Positions 1 through 11,440 of a stretch of 64,000 nt of DNA are shown here, one piece after another. Below the pieces are notes generated by a model. It had not been told where the DNA came from, searched no databases, and saw only the letters and a list, made by a program, of their open reading frames with translations. This stretch comes from an uncultured Gemmatimonadales bacterium. GTDB lineage: Bacteria > Gemmatimonadota > Gemmatimonadetes > Longimicrobiales > RSA9. The stretch is taken from contig CAWCRS010000007.1 in the NCBI GenBank assembly GCA_963798085.1, forward strand, positions 1,120,001 to 1,184,000, in the 5' to 3' direction. Position numbers and translations under genes: made by a program. How positions within the stretch are numbered: the first letter of the stretch is position 1; each line of letters starts with the position of its first letter.

Positions 1-1
1 G

Positions 2-745
2 TTCGGGACGGAGGACATCCGGCGTGCGTGGCAGACCGGTGCGGGCGTCGAGAACGGGACCCGCGTTCTCGAGGAAGGCCGCGCGCCGCTGGCCGGACTG
101 CGCAAGCTGATCTCCGCGAAGTCGGATGGCCAGCTCGCATACCTCGATGCGATCGCTCGTAATGACGTGGTAGTCGCCATCGGTCCGGCCGGCACGGGCA
201 AGACGTATCTCGCCGTGGCGGCGGCACTGGATGCGCTGCGCAAGAATCGCATTCGTCGCATCGTCCTGGCGCGGCCCGCCGTGGAGGCGGGAGAGAGTCT
301 GGGCTTCCTGCCGGGCGATGTGCACGAGAAGGTGGACCCGTACCTGCGTCCGCTCTACGATGCGCTCGAAGACCTGATGCCCACGGACTGGGTGCGTCGC
401 TCCATCGAATCGCGCACCATCGAGATCGCGCCGCTGGCCTACATGCGCGGACGCACACTCTCGGACGCGTTCGTGATCCTGGATGAGGCACAGAACGCGA
501 CCAGCATGCAGATGAAGATGTTCCTGACGCGGCTGGGTCTCAATTCGCGCGTTGTGGTTACCGGCGACAAGACGCAGATCGACCTGCCGCGCAGCGATGA
601 CTCGGGTCTGCTGCAGATCGAGCGCATCCTGCGCGGCATTGAAGGCATCGATTTCATTTACCTGGACGAGCGTGACGTGGTACGGCACCGGCTCGTGAAG
701 GAAATCATCCGGGCGTACGAGGACGCCGGACGCCAGGATTCCTGA
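2..745 (+). CDS. phoH: PhoH-family ATPase (5' end outside the window)
   Basis: Walker [35 protein letters not shown] and DEAQN motifs; frame is open from position 2. Confidence 0.95.
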   Translation, partial: FGTEDIRRAWQTGAGVENGTRVLEEGRAPLAGLRKLISAKSDGQLAYLDAIARNDVVVAIGPAGTGKTYLAVAAALDALRKNRIRRIVLARPAVEAGESLGFLPGDVHEKVDPYLRPLYDALEDLMPTDWVRRSIESRTIEIAPLAYMRGRTLSDAFVILDEAQNATSMQMKMFLTRLGLNSRVVVTGDKTQIDLPRSDDSGLLQIERILRGIEGIDFIYLDERDVVRHRLVKEIIRAYEDAGRQDS

Positions 746-746
746 C

Positions 747-3024
747 ATGGCGCCCGGCACCGGATTCCGTGGTTTTCTGGATACGCTCGACCACCGTCCG
801 GAGGGTGCGTGGCCCGAGGGCATCCGGCATCACGGCGCCCGCTTCCTGCTGCTGCTGGCGCTCGCCCTGCTCACCTCACTGCTGTTTCCGGTAGCGCCCG
901 TCCCCGACTTTCCCGCGGTCGAAAAAGGCATGGTGCTGCCGCGCGACATCATCGCGCAGATCGACTTCGACGTGAAGAAGCCGGAGGCGGAGCTGCTGCG
1001 CGAGCGCGAGCAGGCGGCGGCCGCCGTGGCGCCCATCTTCCGCTACGACTCGGCAGCGATGGACACGATGCGCGTGCGCGTGGATTCGCTGCTCGCGCGC
1101 ATCGATCACGCCTTCACGAGTAGTGGCGAAGCGGCCGGAAGTGGAAGCGCGCGCGCGCTCCGTGCTGGCCGGCTACTCGCTGCCCACGCGTCCGGATGTG
1201 ATCGCGCTGCTGCACGTGCACGGCAATCGTACGGCACTGCGGCGCTCGCTGTCGCAGACGCTGTCGCGCGACCTGCAGGCGGGCGTGGCCCGGGCGGCCG
1301 AGCTGCAGAACAGCGTGGCGCCGCGCGTCCGCATCATCCGCAACGGCACGGACCAGCTGGTGGCCCGGGAAGAAGTGCCCACGGGCGAACGAGTGCGCGA
1401 GTCCGCCGCGCGCAACCTGCCCATGGATGCGCCCGCCGGCCTGGCCGAATTCCAGAAACTCGTGCTCATCGGGCTGTTTCAGCCAACACTGCGTTATGAC
1501 CGGAGCGCCACCGAGACCGAGCGGCAGAGCGCGCGCAACGCGGTGCCCGAGGTGAAGGCCAGCGTGGTGGCGGGCGAGCGCGTGATCGGTGCGCACGAGC
1601 GCATTGATGACGACGATGTGCAGCGGCTGCAGGCGTACGAATCGAAGCTGGCCGCGCAGGGCCGACTGCGGCCGGGACCGGCCCGCCTGGCGAGGGCCGG
1701 CGGCGGCTTCATCCTCAATGCGCTGCTGCTCGCGATCTTCGGCGTGATGCTGTTGTTCTACCGGCAGCCGATCTACCACAGCCCGCGCGGCATGCTGCTG
1801 CTGGCCACCCTGTACATGGCGGTGCTCGTGCCCGCGGCCGTCATTGCGCGCGGCGGGTCCTCGACACTGCTCATCCCCATTGCCTTCCCGGTACTGGTGG
1901 CGGCGGTCCTGTGGGAGGGGCGCATGGCGCTCGCCTTCGCCCTGGTGCTGGCCATTGTACTGGGCGCGCAGGCGCCGCTGGGCGATCTCTCGGTGCGCGT
2001 ACAGCTGGCGGCCGCGGGTGCGGCGGCGGCACTGTGCGTGCGCGTCGTGCACCGCCGTGCGCACGGCCTGATCCTGGGCATCATCGTGGCCGGCGCCTAC
2101 CTGCTGGTTAGCCTGGGCGTGGGCCTGCTGCTCTCCTGGTCGCCGGGCACCATGGCATTGGCGGCGGCGCTGGGCTCCGCCAACGGCATCGGCTGTGCGC
2201 TCATCGCGGTGGGCCTCATGCCGCTGTTCGAAGCGTGGACGGGCATCACCACGGACCAGACACTGCTCGAGCTGGCCGACCTGAACGGTCCGGTGCTCAA
2301 GCGGCTCTCCCTCGAAGCGGGCGGCACGTACGCGCACTCCGTCAATGTCGCGCATCTCGCGGAGGCTGCGGCGCGCGCGATTGGCGCCAATCCCGTGCTG
2401 GCCAGGGTGGGCGCGTACTATCACGACATTGGCAAGCTGGCGGCGCCCCAGTACTTCGTCGAGAACCAGGTCAGCGGGCGCAACCCGCACGACCGGCTGT
2501 CGCCCGAGGAATCGGTGGCGGTGATCCGCGGCCACGTGAGCGAAGGCGAACGCATGGCGGAGCAGGCCAAGCTGCCCGAGTGCGTGCGCGCGTTCATTCC
2601 CGAGCATCACGGGACGCAGCTGATCGGCTTCTTTTTCGAGAAGGCGAAGCAGCGCGACGGCGGCAGTCCGGATCCCGCGGAGTACTCGTATGGCGGGCCG
2701 CGGCCGCGCAGCCGCGAGACCGCGATCCTGCTGCTCGCCGATTCCGTCGAGTCCGCGACCAAGGTGCTGGACGATCCCACACCCGATCGCATTCGCGAGC
2801 TGGTCGATCGCATTGTGCAGGGCAAGATCGACCGCGGCCAGCTGGACGATGCGCCCTTCACGATGCGTGATCTGAGCCGCGTCCGGCAGGCGTTCGTCAA
2901 GGTACTCAGCGGCATGTACCACCATAGAATTGACTATCCGGCCTCCGCGATCGGTGTCGAGCACAAGCCGCTCGCGGAGGGGCCGAGCCCGGCGACCGGC
3001 ACGCCCGCGGGCCGCGGGCAGTGA
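747..3024 (+). CDS. 7TM-HD (HDIG) phosphohydrolase, PgpH/YqfF-like; frameshift near 1115-1125
   Basis: N-terminal TM helix and extracellular domain (ORF 747) continue in ORF 1123 with multiple TMs, AHS, YYHDIGK, EHHGT and LLADSVE motifs; typical phoH-HD-ybeY context. Confidence 0.9.
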
Positions 3025-3461
3025 CGCTGCGGATCCAGGTGCAGTCGGGTGGCCGCACCCCCGCCCGCCGCGGCGATGTGGCCATTGTGCGCCGCGCCAC
3101 GCGCACTACGCTCGAGCAACTCGGTGTTACCGATGCCGAGCTTTCCATCACGCTGCTGCGGGACCGCGCCATGGCCAGGCTGAATCGGGAACACCTCGAG
3201 CACGACGGCACCACGGATGTCCTCAGCTTTGCGCTGTTCGACGGCGGTGAGGCGCCTGTGGGCGACATCTACATTGGCGTGGAGCAGGCTGCGCGGCAGG
3301 CGGAAGCACTGGCGGTACCGCTGCGCGAGGAGCTGGCGAGGCTCGCGATCCACGGCACCCTGCACGTGCTGGGACACGATCATCCGGCAGGCAGAAACAG
3401 GGAACGCAGCCGCATGTGGCGCGTTCAGGAACGCATCCTGGCGACGGTGATGGCAACGTGA
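3021..3461 (+). CDS. ybeY: rRNA maturation endoribonuclease YbeY
   Basis: TDVLSF, GDIYI and HGTLHVLGHDH zinc motif; GTGA overlap with the upstream gene. Confidence 0.95.
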   Translation: MTLRIQVQSGGRTPARRGDVAIVRRATRTTLEQLGVTDAELSITLLRDRAMARLNREHLEHDGTTDVLSFALFDGGEAPVGDIYIGVEQAARQAEALAVPLREELARLAIHGTLHVLGHDHPAGRNRERSRMWRVQERILATVMAT

Positions 3462-4139
3462 CGGGCGGGTTCATCCGGAAACGCATTCCGCCGGCGGCTG
3501 ATCGCCGGGCTGGTGGTGATCGCGCCACTGACGGCGACGTTGTTCGTGCTCTGGTGGATCTTCCAGCTGCTGGACGGTCTGCTGGGCCGTTTCCTGTATC
3601 CGGCGCTGGCGCGCTACATCCCGTGGATCGGCCTGCTGCCGGGGCTCGGTCTGATCGCGCTGCTGCTGCTGCTCCTGCTCGTGGGCTGGATCGCGGAGCG
3701 CGCCATTGGCTCGCGCATCGTGCGCGCCTACCAGCGCCTGCTCGAGCGCATCCCGGTGACCCGGCGCATCTACAGCGCTGCGAACCGCATTGTTCGCACG
3801 GTATTCGGCCAGGGCCGGCGCCCCTTCAACGTGGTGGTGCTGATCGAGTATCCCTCGCCCGGGCGCTGGTCCATCGGTTTCCTTGCCGCCGCGGCGCCCG
3901 CGGTGGTGCAGGCGTATGTGCCGGACTCCGTATCGGTGTTCGTGCCGACAACGCCCAATCCGACGTCCGGCTGGTTCGTCATCGTGCCGCGCACCAGCCT
4001 CATCGTGCTGCCCATGACCGTGGATGAAGCCTTCACGCTGATCCTGTCCGGCGGTGCCGCCGTGCCGGAATCGGACCGCACGTCGCACGCTGCTGTGATC
4101 CCGGCCCTGCACCCGCCCGTATCGCCCGTGGAATCATGA
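3458..4139 (+). CDS. DUF502 membrane protein; apparent frameshift near 3489
   Basis: RRRLIAGLVVIAP start, VLIEYP and VFVPTTPNPTSG motifs; GTG overlapping the ybeY stop joins ORF 3513 after one indel. Confidence 0.85.
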
Positions 4140-5788
4140 AGCGCTGGCGCCGTGCGTTCCGCATCATGACGAGCCTGCTCCCGTTCGTCGTGGCGTTCCT
4201 GCGCGACCGCCGCCGCTTCATCCTGTTCGGCCGGCCCGCAAGGCGGAACCCCGATGTGCACCAGCTGCGCGCGGACCGACTGACGCTGACCATCGCGTCG
4301 CTGGGTCCCACGTTCATCAAGCTGGCGCAGGTGTTCAGTGCGCGCGCCGACATTCTGCCGGAGCCGTACCTGTCCAGTGTCAGCCGCCTGCAGGATCGCG
4401 TGCCGGCCGATCCGTTCGACGCCATCGAGCACGTGCTGATCGCGGAGCTGGGCAAACCGCCCGACGAAGCGTTCGAGGATTTCGTGCAGGAGCCGGTGGC
4501 GGCGGCCAGTCTGGGGCAGGTGTACCGTGCCCGCCTGGGCGGCCGCGAGGTCGCGGTGAAGGTGCTGCGTCCCGGTGTCGAGGAAGTCGTGGCCATCGAC
4601 CTGGAGATTTCCTTCCGGCTGCTTTTCCTGCTGAATGTCCTGTTCCGCAACCATCACATTCGCGCGCTGACCAGTGTGGTGCGCGAGTTCAGCGTGAAGG
4701 TGCGCGAGGAGATGGACTTCCGGCAGGAAGCCGCCAATATGGCGAGGTTCCACAAACACTTCGATAGCGACCCGCGCGTGCGCGCGCCGCAGGTGGTCGA
4801 GAGTCTGGTGCGCCAGCGCGTGCTGGTCATGGAATGGGTGTCGGGCGACAAGGTGGATCAGCTGCAGTCGCGCTTCGCCGCCGGCTCGCTCAGCTTCCGC
4901 CAGCTCATGGAGACGCTGACCGAGACTTACCTGCGCATGCTGCTGGTGGATGGATTTCTGCACGCCGATCCGCACCCGGGCAACATTGTCGTGGAAGAGA
5001 ATGGCACGGTCGTGTTCCTCGACTGGGGCATGGCCGTGCAACTGGACCGCTCCGCGCGCGACCACATCCTGCGCACGGCCATGGCCGCGGGACGCAACGA
5101 TCTGGACGGCATCATCAACGGCATGTACGCGCTGGGCATGATCGATCCCAACATCTCGCGCAGCGAGATCCGCGACGCGGCCGTCGAGATCCTCGACATT
5201 GTCGAGCGTATGCGTGAGCTGGGGCAGCGGCGGGTGCAGGAGATGGTGCAGGAGATCATGGACACGTTCTACACCTTCCCGCTGCTGCTGCCGCCGCAGC
5301 TGGTGTACTTCTTCAGGGCGACGACGCTGCTCGAAGGCATCGGGCTGCGCTACGATCCGGCGTTCAACGGGCTCGAGGTCGTGCGTCCCGTGGTGCGGCG
5401 CATGCGCGGTGAGCTGCTGCAGGCGACGGCGCGCCAGCCGCGCGAGATCGCGCTGGGCGTGATGGACGAGGTGCGCACCGGCTTTTCCGCGATCCGCGAC
5501 GTCATTGCCCGTGCCGAGCGCGAGGAATTCCGCGTCCGCATCCATCCCCGTGATGTGACCCAGGCCGAGCGCTTCCTGCAGCTCCAGGTGCGGCGCATCC
5601 TGGTCAGCATCTTTGCGCTCACCGTCGCGCTCATCACCGCGATCACCTATCTCGCGGAGCATAACTTCTGGTTACTGGTGGGCGGCCTGACACTCTCTTT
5701 CATCACCTTCGTGGTGGTGCTCTTCCTGCCGGTGCACCTGCTGGAGAATCCGCTGCGGCATGCGCGCGGCCTGCGCTCCGAGCGTTGA
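4136..5788 (+). CDS. ABC1/UbiB (AarF) family atypical kinase
   Basis: LGPTFIKLAQ, AAASLGQVY, VAVKV, HADPHPGN and LDWG motifs; two C-terminal TM helices. Confidence 0.92.
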   Translation: MKRWRRAFRIMTSLLPFVVAFLRDRRRFILFGRPARRNPDVHQLRADRLTLTIASLGPTFIKLAQVFSARADILPEPYLSSVSRLQDRVPADPFDAIEHVLIAELGKPPDEAFEDFVQEPVAAASLGQVYRARLGGREVAVKVLRPGVEEVVAIDLEISFRLLFLLNVLFRNHHIRALTSVVREFSVKVREEMDFRQEAANMARFHKHFDSDPRVRAPQVVESLVRQRVLVMEWVSGDKVDQLQSRFAAGSLSFRQLMETLTETYLRMLLVDGFLHADPHPGNIVVEENGTVVFLDWGMAVQLDRSARDHILRTAMAAGRNDLDGIINGMYALGMIDPNISRSEIRDAAVEILDIVERMRELGQRRVQEMVQEIMDTFYTFPLLLPPQLVYFFRATTLLEGIGLRYDPAFNGLEVVRPVVRRMRGELLQATARQPREIALGVMDEVRTGFSAIRDVIARAEREEFRVRIHPRDVTQAERFLQLQVRRILVSIFALTVALITAITYLAEHNFWLLVGGLTLSFITFVVVLFLPVHLLENPLRHARGLRSER

Positions 5789-5820
5789 CACGCCATGCGC
5801 GCGGCGGACAAGTTGACGCG

Positions 5821-6930
5821 ATGAGCGAGGGCTCCAGGCCTGTCAGTGCGGACAGCGCGATTGCCGAGCTGGTGCGCCGGCTGCAGAGCGGCGCGCGTCC
5901 GGCGCTGGCGCGCGCCATATCGATCGTGGAGAACCAGGTTCCCGGATTCCGCGACCTGCTGCACGCGCTGCACCCGGATGCGGGGCGTGCGCAGCGTATC
6001 GGCATTACGGGTCCGCCTGGCGCGGGCAAGTCGACGCTCGTCAATGCGCTGATCACGCGTTATCGCGCGGCCGGCCTGACCGTGGCCGTCATTGCCGTCG
6101 ACCCGACATCGCCTTTCACCGGCGGTGCCCTGCTCGGCGACCGCATCCGCATGAACGAGATCAGCATGGATGCGGGGGTGTTCGTCCGCTCGATGGCGAC
6201 GCGCGGCTCCGTGGGCGGCCTGGCTCTTACCACGGAGGAAGTGGCCGACGTCCTCGATGCCGCGGGCTACGACCGCATCCTCATCGAGACGGTGGGTGTC
6301 GGCCAGACCGAGCTGGACATCGCGGCCGCGGCCGATACCACAGTCGTGGTGCTCGTGCCCGAGTCCGGCGATGGCATCCAGGCCATGAAGGCAGGGCTCA
6401 TGGAAGTCTCCGACCTGTTCGTCATCAACAAGTCGGACCGGCCGGGCGCCGATCGCATGGCTCGCGACATCTCGATGATGCTGCACCTGCGGGCAGGCCG
6501 GCTGATGCGGAATGTCCCGGCGCACCACGGTGTCGATATGCGACGTGCCGCGCGTTCCTCGAAGGGCGAAGCGGACAGTGCCCGGCCGTCAGCCAGGCCC
6601 GCTCGCGTCGAGGCCGCGACCGCTGCGGCACAGGCCTGGGAGATTCCGGTGCTGGAGACCGTTGCCGATACGGGTGAGGGCGTGGCGCCGGTGATCGAAG
6701 CGCTGGACCGGCATTTCGAATGGCTGCAGGAGAGCGGGGAACGGGAGCAGCGGCGGCAGGCGAGAGTGCTGGAGCGCGTACGCGAGGAAGTGGAGCGGAC
6801 GGTGCGTCGTCGCATATGGCAGGAAAAGGGTGGGGATGCGTTGCTGGCGCAGGCCGCCGATGCGCTCGCCCGGCGCGCGCAGTCGCCCTACGAAGTGGCG
6901 TCGGCCATTATCCGTGCTACGATCGGTTAG
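5821..6930 (+). CDS. meaB: MeaB/ArgK GTPase chaperone of B12-dependent acyl-CoA mutase
   Basis: GITGPPGAGKST, AVDPTSPFTGGALLGDRIRM, ETVGVGQ, QAMKAG and NKSD motifs. Confidence 0.95.
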   Translation: MSEGSRPVSADSAIAELVRRLQSGARPALARAISIVENQVPGFRDLLHALHPDAGRAQRIGITGPPGAGKSTLVNALITRYRAAGLTVAVIAVDPTSPFTGGALLGDRIRMNEISMDAGVFVRSMATRGSVGGLALTTEEVADVLDAAGYDRILIETVGVGQTELDIAAAADTTVVVLVPESGDGIQAMKAGLMEVSDLFVINKSDRPGADRMARDISMMLHLRAGRLMRNVPAHHGVDMRRAARSSKGEADSARPSARPARVEAATAAAQAWEIPVLETVADTGEGVAPVIEALDRHFEWLQESGEREQRRQARVLERVREEVERTVRRRIWQEKGGDALLAQAADALARRAQSPYEVASAIIRATIG

Positions 6931-7013
6931 TCGCATGTCACGCAGCCGCGGAATCCGCAGCGCGCGGCGGGGGTAGTCAGAACGTTGGACCCTACGACAG
7001 CGGATGGTGAGCG

Positions 7014-8747
7014 ATGGGCCTGTTGAATGCCGATGCCCGCAGCGGGCATGCCACGGCCGGCATGGCGGAGCGCCTCGAGCAGCAGGAGCGCGAGATCCAG
7101 GCGCTGCGCACTCGCCTGGCCGAATGGGAAGCTGATTTCGACCGGCTGCCCTGGCGCCTGCCCGAGTACGGCACGGTTTCGGGAGCGCCCATTGCGCCAC
7201 TGTACACGCCGGCGGATCTCGAAGCGGACTGGGACTACCTCGAGAAGCTGGGCGTACCCGGCGAATACCCGTTCACGCGCGGTCCCTACACCTCAATGTA
7301 CCGCACGCGGCTCTGGACCATGCGACAGTTCGCGGGCTTCGGCACGGCGGAGGAGACGAACCAGCGCTACAAGTACCTGCTCGACCACGGTCAGACCGGT
7401 TTGAGCGTGGCATTCGACTTTCCCACGCTGATGGGCTACGACTCGGACCATCCGCGGTCGCTCGGGGAAGTGGGTAAGTGCGGTGTCGCCATTTCGAGTC
7501 TGGCGGACATGGAGACCCTGTTCGACGGCATTCCGCTGGACCAGGTGTCCGTCTCCATGACCATCAACGGTCCCGCCATCATGCTGTTCTGTTTCTATGT
7601 GGTCGCGGCGGAGAAACAGGGTGTCAGTCCGGCGCAGCTGCGCGGCACCGTGCAGAACGACATCCTGAAGGAGTACATGGCGCAGCACGCCTGGATCTAT
7701 CCGGTCGAGCCGGCGCTCAGCCTGATCGTCGACATGTTCGCGTGGACGTCCCAGCACGCGCAGAAGTACAATCCCATTTCCATCAGCGGCTACCACATCC
7801 GTGAAGCAGGCGCTACCGCGGCGCAGGAGCTCGCCTTCACGCTGCGCAACGGCTTCGAGTACGTGGAGCGTGGCATTGCGCGCGGGCTCGATGTCGACGC
7901 GTTCGCGCCGCGACTTTCCTTCTTCTTCGATGTACACAACGAATTCTTCGAGGAGATCGCGAAGTTCCGCGCGGCCCGGCGCATCTGGGCGCGCCGTCTG
8001 CGCGACGTATACGGTGCGGAGAAGGAAGAGTCGTGGCGACTGCGCACACACGCGCAGACCGCCGGAGTGACACTGGTCGCGCAGCAGCCGGAGAACAACA
8101 TCGTGCGCGTCGCGTACCAGGCGCTGGCCGCGGTGCTGGGTGGCACGCAGTCGCTGCACACCAACTCGATGGATGAGACGCTGGCGCTGCCCACGGAGAA
8201 ATCCGTGCGCATTGCGCTGCGCACACAGCAGATCCTGGCGCACGAGACGGGTGTGCCGCACACCATCGACCCGCTGGCCGGTTCCTATTACCTCGAAGCA
8301 CTGACCGACCGCATGGAGCGCGAGGCGGAGGAGATCTTCGAAGAGATCGATCGCTTCGGCGGTGTCGTGGCCGGCATTGAAGGCGGCTACTTCCAGCGCG
8401 AGATCGCGCTGAGCGCGCAACGGCAACAGCTGGCGCTGGAGGCGGGCACGCTGGAGGTGGTGGGCGTGAACGCGTTCACCGAGGGCAACGGCGACTCCGC
8501 CATTGACATCCTGAAGATCGGGAACGAACCGGAGCAGTGGCAGCGGGAACGACTCGCCCGGCTGCGTGCTTCGCGTGACAGCAGGCGAGTCGAGCGGTCG
8601 CTGGTGGCACTGCGCAGGGCTGCGGAACACCAGGAGAATGTGGTCGAGCCGATGCTGGAGTGCGTCCGCGCGTACTGCACGCTGTTCGAGATCCGCCACG
8701 CGCTCGAGCTGGAGTTCGGCGCCTACCGGGAGCCCATATTCTTCTGA
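7014..8747 (+). CDS. B12-dependent acyl-CoA mutase large subunit (MCM family, isobutyryl-CoA-mutase-type residues)
   Basis: PFTRGPY, WTMRQFAGF, GTVQNDILKEYMAQ, ISISGYHIREAG and SLHTNSMDE motifs; no B12-binding domain in this ORF. Confidence 0.93.
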   Translation: MGLLNADARSGHATAGMAERLEQQEREIQALRTRLAEWEADFDRLPWRLPEYGTVSGAPIAPLYTPADLEADWDYLEKLGVPGEYPFTRGPYTSMYRTRLWTMRQFAGFGTAEETNQRYKYLLDHGQTGLSVAFDFPTLMGYDSDHPRSLGEVGKCGVAISSLADMETLFDGIPLDQVSVSMTINGPAIMLFCFYVVAAEKQGVSPAQLRGTVQNDILKEYMAQHAWIYPVEPALSLIVDMFAWTSQHAQKYNPISISGYHIREAGATAAQELAFTLRNGFEYVERGIARGLDVDAFAPRLSFFFDVHNEFFEEIAKFRAARRIWARRLRDVYGAEKEESWRLRTHAQTAGVTLVAQQPENNIVRVAYQALAAVLGGTQSLHTNSMDETLALPTEKSVRIALRTQQILAHETGVPHTIDPLAGSYYLEALTDRMEREAEEIFEEIDRFGGVVAGIEGGYFQREIALSAQRQQLALEAGTLEVVGVNAFTEGNGDSAIDILKIGNEPEQWQRERLARLRASRDSRRVERSLVALRRAAEHQENVVEPMLECVRAYCTLFEIRHALELEFGAYREPIFF

Positions 8748-8782
8748 CGCGACATCGTCCGGAACGGGACGCGTAACGTCTG

Positions 8783-10146
8783 ATGCCCCAGGATCCCTCC
8801 GCCGCTCAGGCCGCCATCAGCCTGGTCGGCTATGTCTGGCGTCTGAGTGTCGTACTCCTGCTGGTTCTGGCCAATGCCTTCTTCGTGACTGCGGAGTTCG
8901 CGCTGGTCGGCGCCCGGCGTACGCGCATCTCCAGCCTGGCTGCGAGCGGCAACGCCATGGCGAGGATGGCGAAGTACGCGCTCTCGCATCTCGATCGCTT
9001 CATATCAGGCACACAACTGGGCATTACACTGGCCTCGCTGGCCCTCGGCTGGGTGGGCGAGTCGACGGTTTCCGCGCTCATCAGCTTCACCTTCCATGGG
9101 CTGCCCGCATCCGTGGGATGTCGTGGCCACGCACGCCGTCGCCGGCACCATCGCCTTCGTGTGCATCACCTTCCTGCATATCGTGCTGGGCGAGCTGGTG
9201 CCGAAATCGCTGGCGCTGCTCTATCCCGAGACCATGACGCTGTGGACCGCGGGGCCGCTCATTGTTTTCGCGAAAGCACTGACACCGTTCATCAGCGCGC
9301 TCAATGGCACGGCCAACCTGCTGCTGCGCGTGATCGGGCTGCGCGCGCCCCGGGAAAGCTCGAGCGTGCACCGGCCCGAGGAGATCGAGATGCTTGTAAC
9401 ACAGAGTTATGAGCACGGCCTGCTGCGCGAGGAGCCGGTGGAAATGATCCGCGGCGTCTTCCACCTGTCGGAGACCACGGCCGCCGAGGTCATGACCCCG
9501 CGCACCGGAGATGATCGCGCTGCCGGTGGAATCGTCCATGGAGCGCGCGGCTGATTTCATCCTGGCCGAGGGACACTCGCGCTATCCCGTCTACGAAGGC
9601 AACATGGACCACATTGTGGGCGTGGTGCTGGCGCGTGAGGTGTGGAAGGCGCAGCGCGACGGCGTCACCGCGCTGCGCGCCGTGGTGCGCGACGTGCCCT
9701 TCGTTCCCGATACCAAGTCCGTGGAAGCACTGTTGCGCGACATGCAGCGCGCGCAGACGCACATGGCGGTCGTGATCGACGAGTTCGGGGGCACGGCCGG
9801 CATCGTGACCATTGAGGACGTCGTCGAGGAGATCGTCGGCGAAATCTCCGACGAACTGGACGAGAAGCCGCCCGAGTTCATCGAAACCGATGGCCGCGTC
9901 GAGCTGCGCGGCAATACACCCATCAGCGCACTCAACGACCGCTACGGGCTGACCCTGCCCGACGAGGACTTCACGACCGTCGGGGGCTTCATGCTGGGTC
10001 GGCTGGGCCGGGTGGCACGGGTGGGTGATGAAGTGACCATGCCGCACGGCATCCTGCGCGTGCTGTCCATGAAGGGCCGGCGTGTCGACCGGCTGGCGCT
10101 GACACTGAAGAAGGAGCCCAAGCAGCTGGATGTGGAGGAGGTGTGA
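8783..10146 (+). CDS. HlyC/CorC family CNNM-CBS transporter; frameshifts near 9115 and 9508
   Basis: ANAFFVTAEFALV, QLGITLASL, LGELVPKS, GHSRYPV, VIDEFGGTAGIVTIED and CorC TVGG motifs spread over three consecutive ORFs. Confidence 0.88.
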
Positions 10147-10943
10147 GCCGGGCTCACAGCGTCGCCGCGGTTCCCTGGTGGCGCACGCTGTTCGACGACG
10201 CCTGGCTGCGCCTGCACGAGCCGCTCTTCCCGCCGGAGCAGAGCCGGCGCGAAGTGGCGGGCATGATCGGGCTGCTGGGTCTGCCCCTGGGCGCGCGCGT
10301 GCTGGACGTGCCCTGCGGCTGGGGGCGCCATACCCGTCTGCTGCGGGAGGCCGGCCTGCGCGCGGTCGGTGCCGACCTGTCACGCGACATGCTGCGCGCC
10401 GCGCGCGGCGCTGGCCCGCGCCGGCAGGCAATCCCGTGCGCCGCTGCCGATGTGCGCACACTGCCGTTCCGCGATGCCAGCTTCGATGCGGTGATCAATG
10501 TGTGCACCGGCTTCGGTCTTTTCGGTCGCGATCAGGACGACGTGCGCGCGCTGCGCGAGCAGCGGCGCGTGCTGGCGCCCGGCGGTGCCCTGCTCATCGA
10601 GACCATGCACCGCGACGAAATCGTGCGCGGGTATGCCGAGCGCGATGCGTGGCAGCTGCCTGACGGTACACGCGTGGCTGCGCGGCGCCGGTTCGACCCG
10701 CTCACCGGCATGAGCCACGAAGTGTGGCGCTGGCGCCGCGGCAGTGAGAGCGGCGAAAAGCGACACACACTGCTGCTGCGCACGGCGGGCGATGTCGCTC
10801 GCCTGGTGCAACGCGCCGGATTCCGGCGGCTGCGCGCGTTCGGCGGCTGGGAAGGCGACGCATTCACGCACCGCTCGCCGCACCTGATCCTGCTCGCCGT
10901 CGCGCCGCCCGCTCGCTTGCGAGAGGGGCCGGCCGCGCGGTAA
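10143..10943 (+). CDS. Class I SAM-dependent methyltransferase
   Basis: VLDVPCGWGRH SAM-binding motif, GADLS, FDAVIN, LAPGG. Confidence 0.88.
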   Translation: MSRAHSVAAVPWWRTLFDDAWLRLHEPLFPPEQSRREVAGMIGLLGLPLGARVLDVPCGWGRHTRLLREAGLRAVGADLSRDMLRAARGAGPRRQAIPCAAADVRTLPFRDASFDAVINVCTGFGLFGRDQDDVRALREQRRVLAPGGALLIETMHRDEIVRGYAERDAWQLPDGTRVAARRRFDPLTGMSHEVWRWRRGSESGEKRHTLLLRTAGDVARLVQRAGFRRLRAFGGWEGDAFTHRSPHLILLAVAPPARLREGPAAR

Positions 10944-10988
10944 GGTCATGCGCAATCTGACAGTTCACGACCCGGCAAACAGGCAGGC

Positions 10989-11426
10989 ATGACGCAACGC
11001 AAGATCCGCGTGCTGGTCGCCAAGCCCGGCCTCGATGGTCACGATCGCGGCGCGAAGGTCATCGCCAGCGCGTTCCGCGATGCCGGCTTCGAGGTCATCT
11101 ACACGGGACTGCACCAGACGCCCGAGAATGATCGTGAATGCCGCCGTTCAGGAAGATGTCGACGTCGTCGCCCTCTCCATACTCTCCGGCGCGCACATGA
11201 CGCTGTTTCCGCGCGTGCTCGAGCTGCTGCGCGCCGAGGGCATGGACGACGTGCTCATCATCGGAGGCGGCATCATACCCGAGGAAGACATTGCCGCGCT
11301 CGAAGCGGCCGGCGTCGCGAAGCTGTTCGGTCCGGGCACACCGACATCCGCCCCGATCGACTACGTGCGCGAGCATTTCACGGCGCAGGGCCGTGGCGCT
11401 GCGACCGGCCGCAGTCGAAGAGCTGA
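10989..11426 (+). CDS. Cobalamin-binding small subunit of the acyl-CoA mutase; frameshift near 11125, 3' end uncertain
   Basis: [13 protein letters not shown] (DxHxxG), then [21 protein letters not shown] and FGPGT in the next frame. Confidence 0.9.
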   Translation: MTQRKIRVLVAKPGLDGHDRGAKVIASAFRDAGFEVIYTGLHQTPENDRECRRSGRCRRRRPLHTLRRAHDAVSARARAAARRGHGRRAHHRRRHHTRGRHCRARSGRRREAVRSGHTDIRPDRLRARAFHGAGPWRCDRPQSKS

Positions 11427-11440
11427 CGCAAGCGCTGCGT

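Noticed and set aside
1114..5662. Long minus-strand ORFs (616 aa and 630 aa) and similar shadows elsewhere (7293-8699, 13091-14629, 16881-18812, 47710-49227)
   Set aside because: They are antisense shadows of well-supported genes, expected in high-GC DNA, and show no recognisable motifs.
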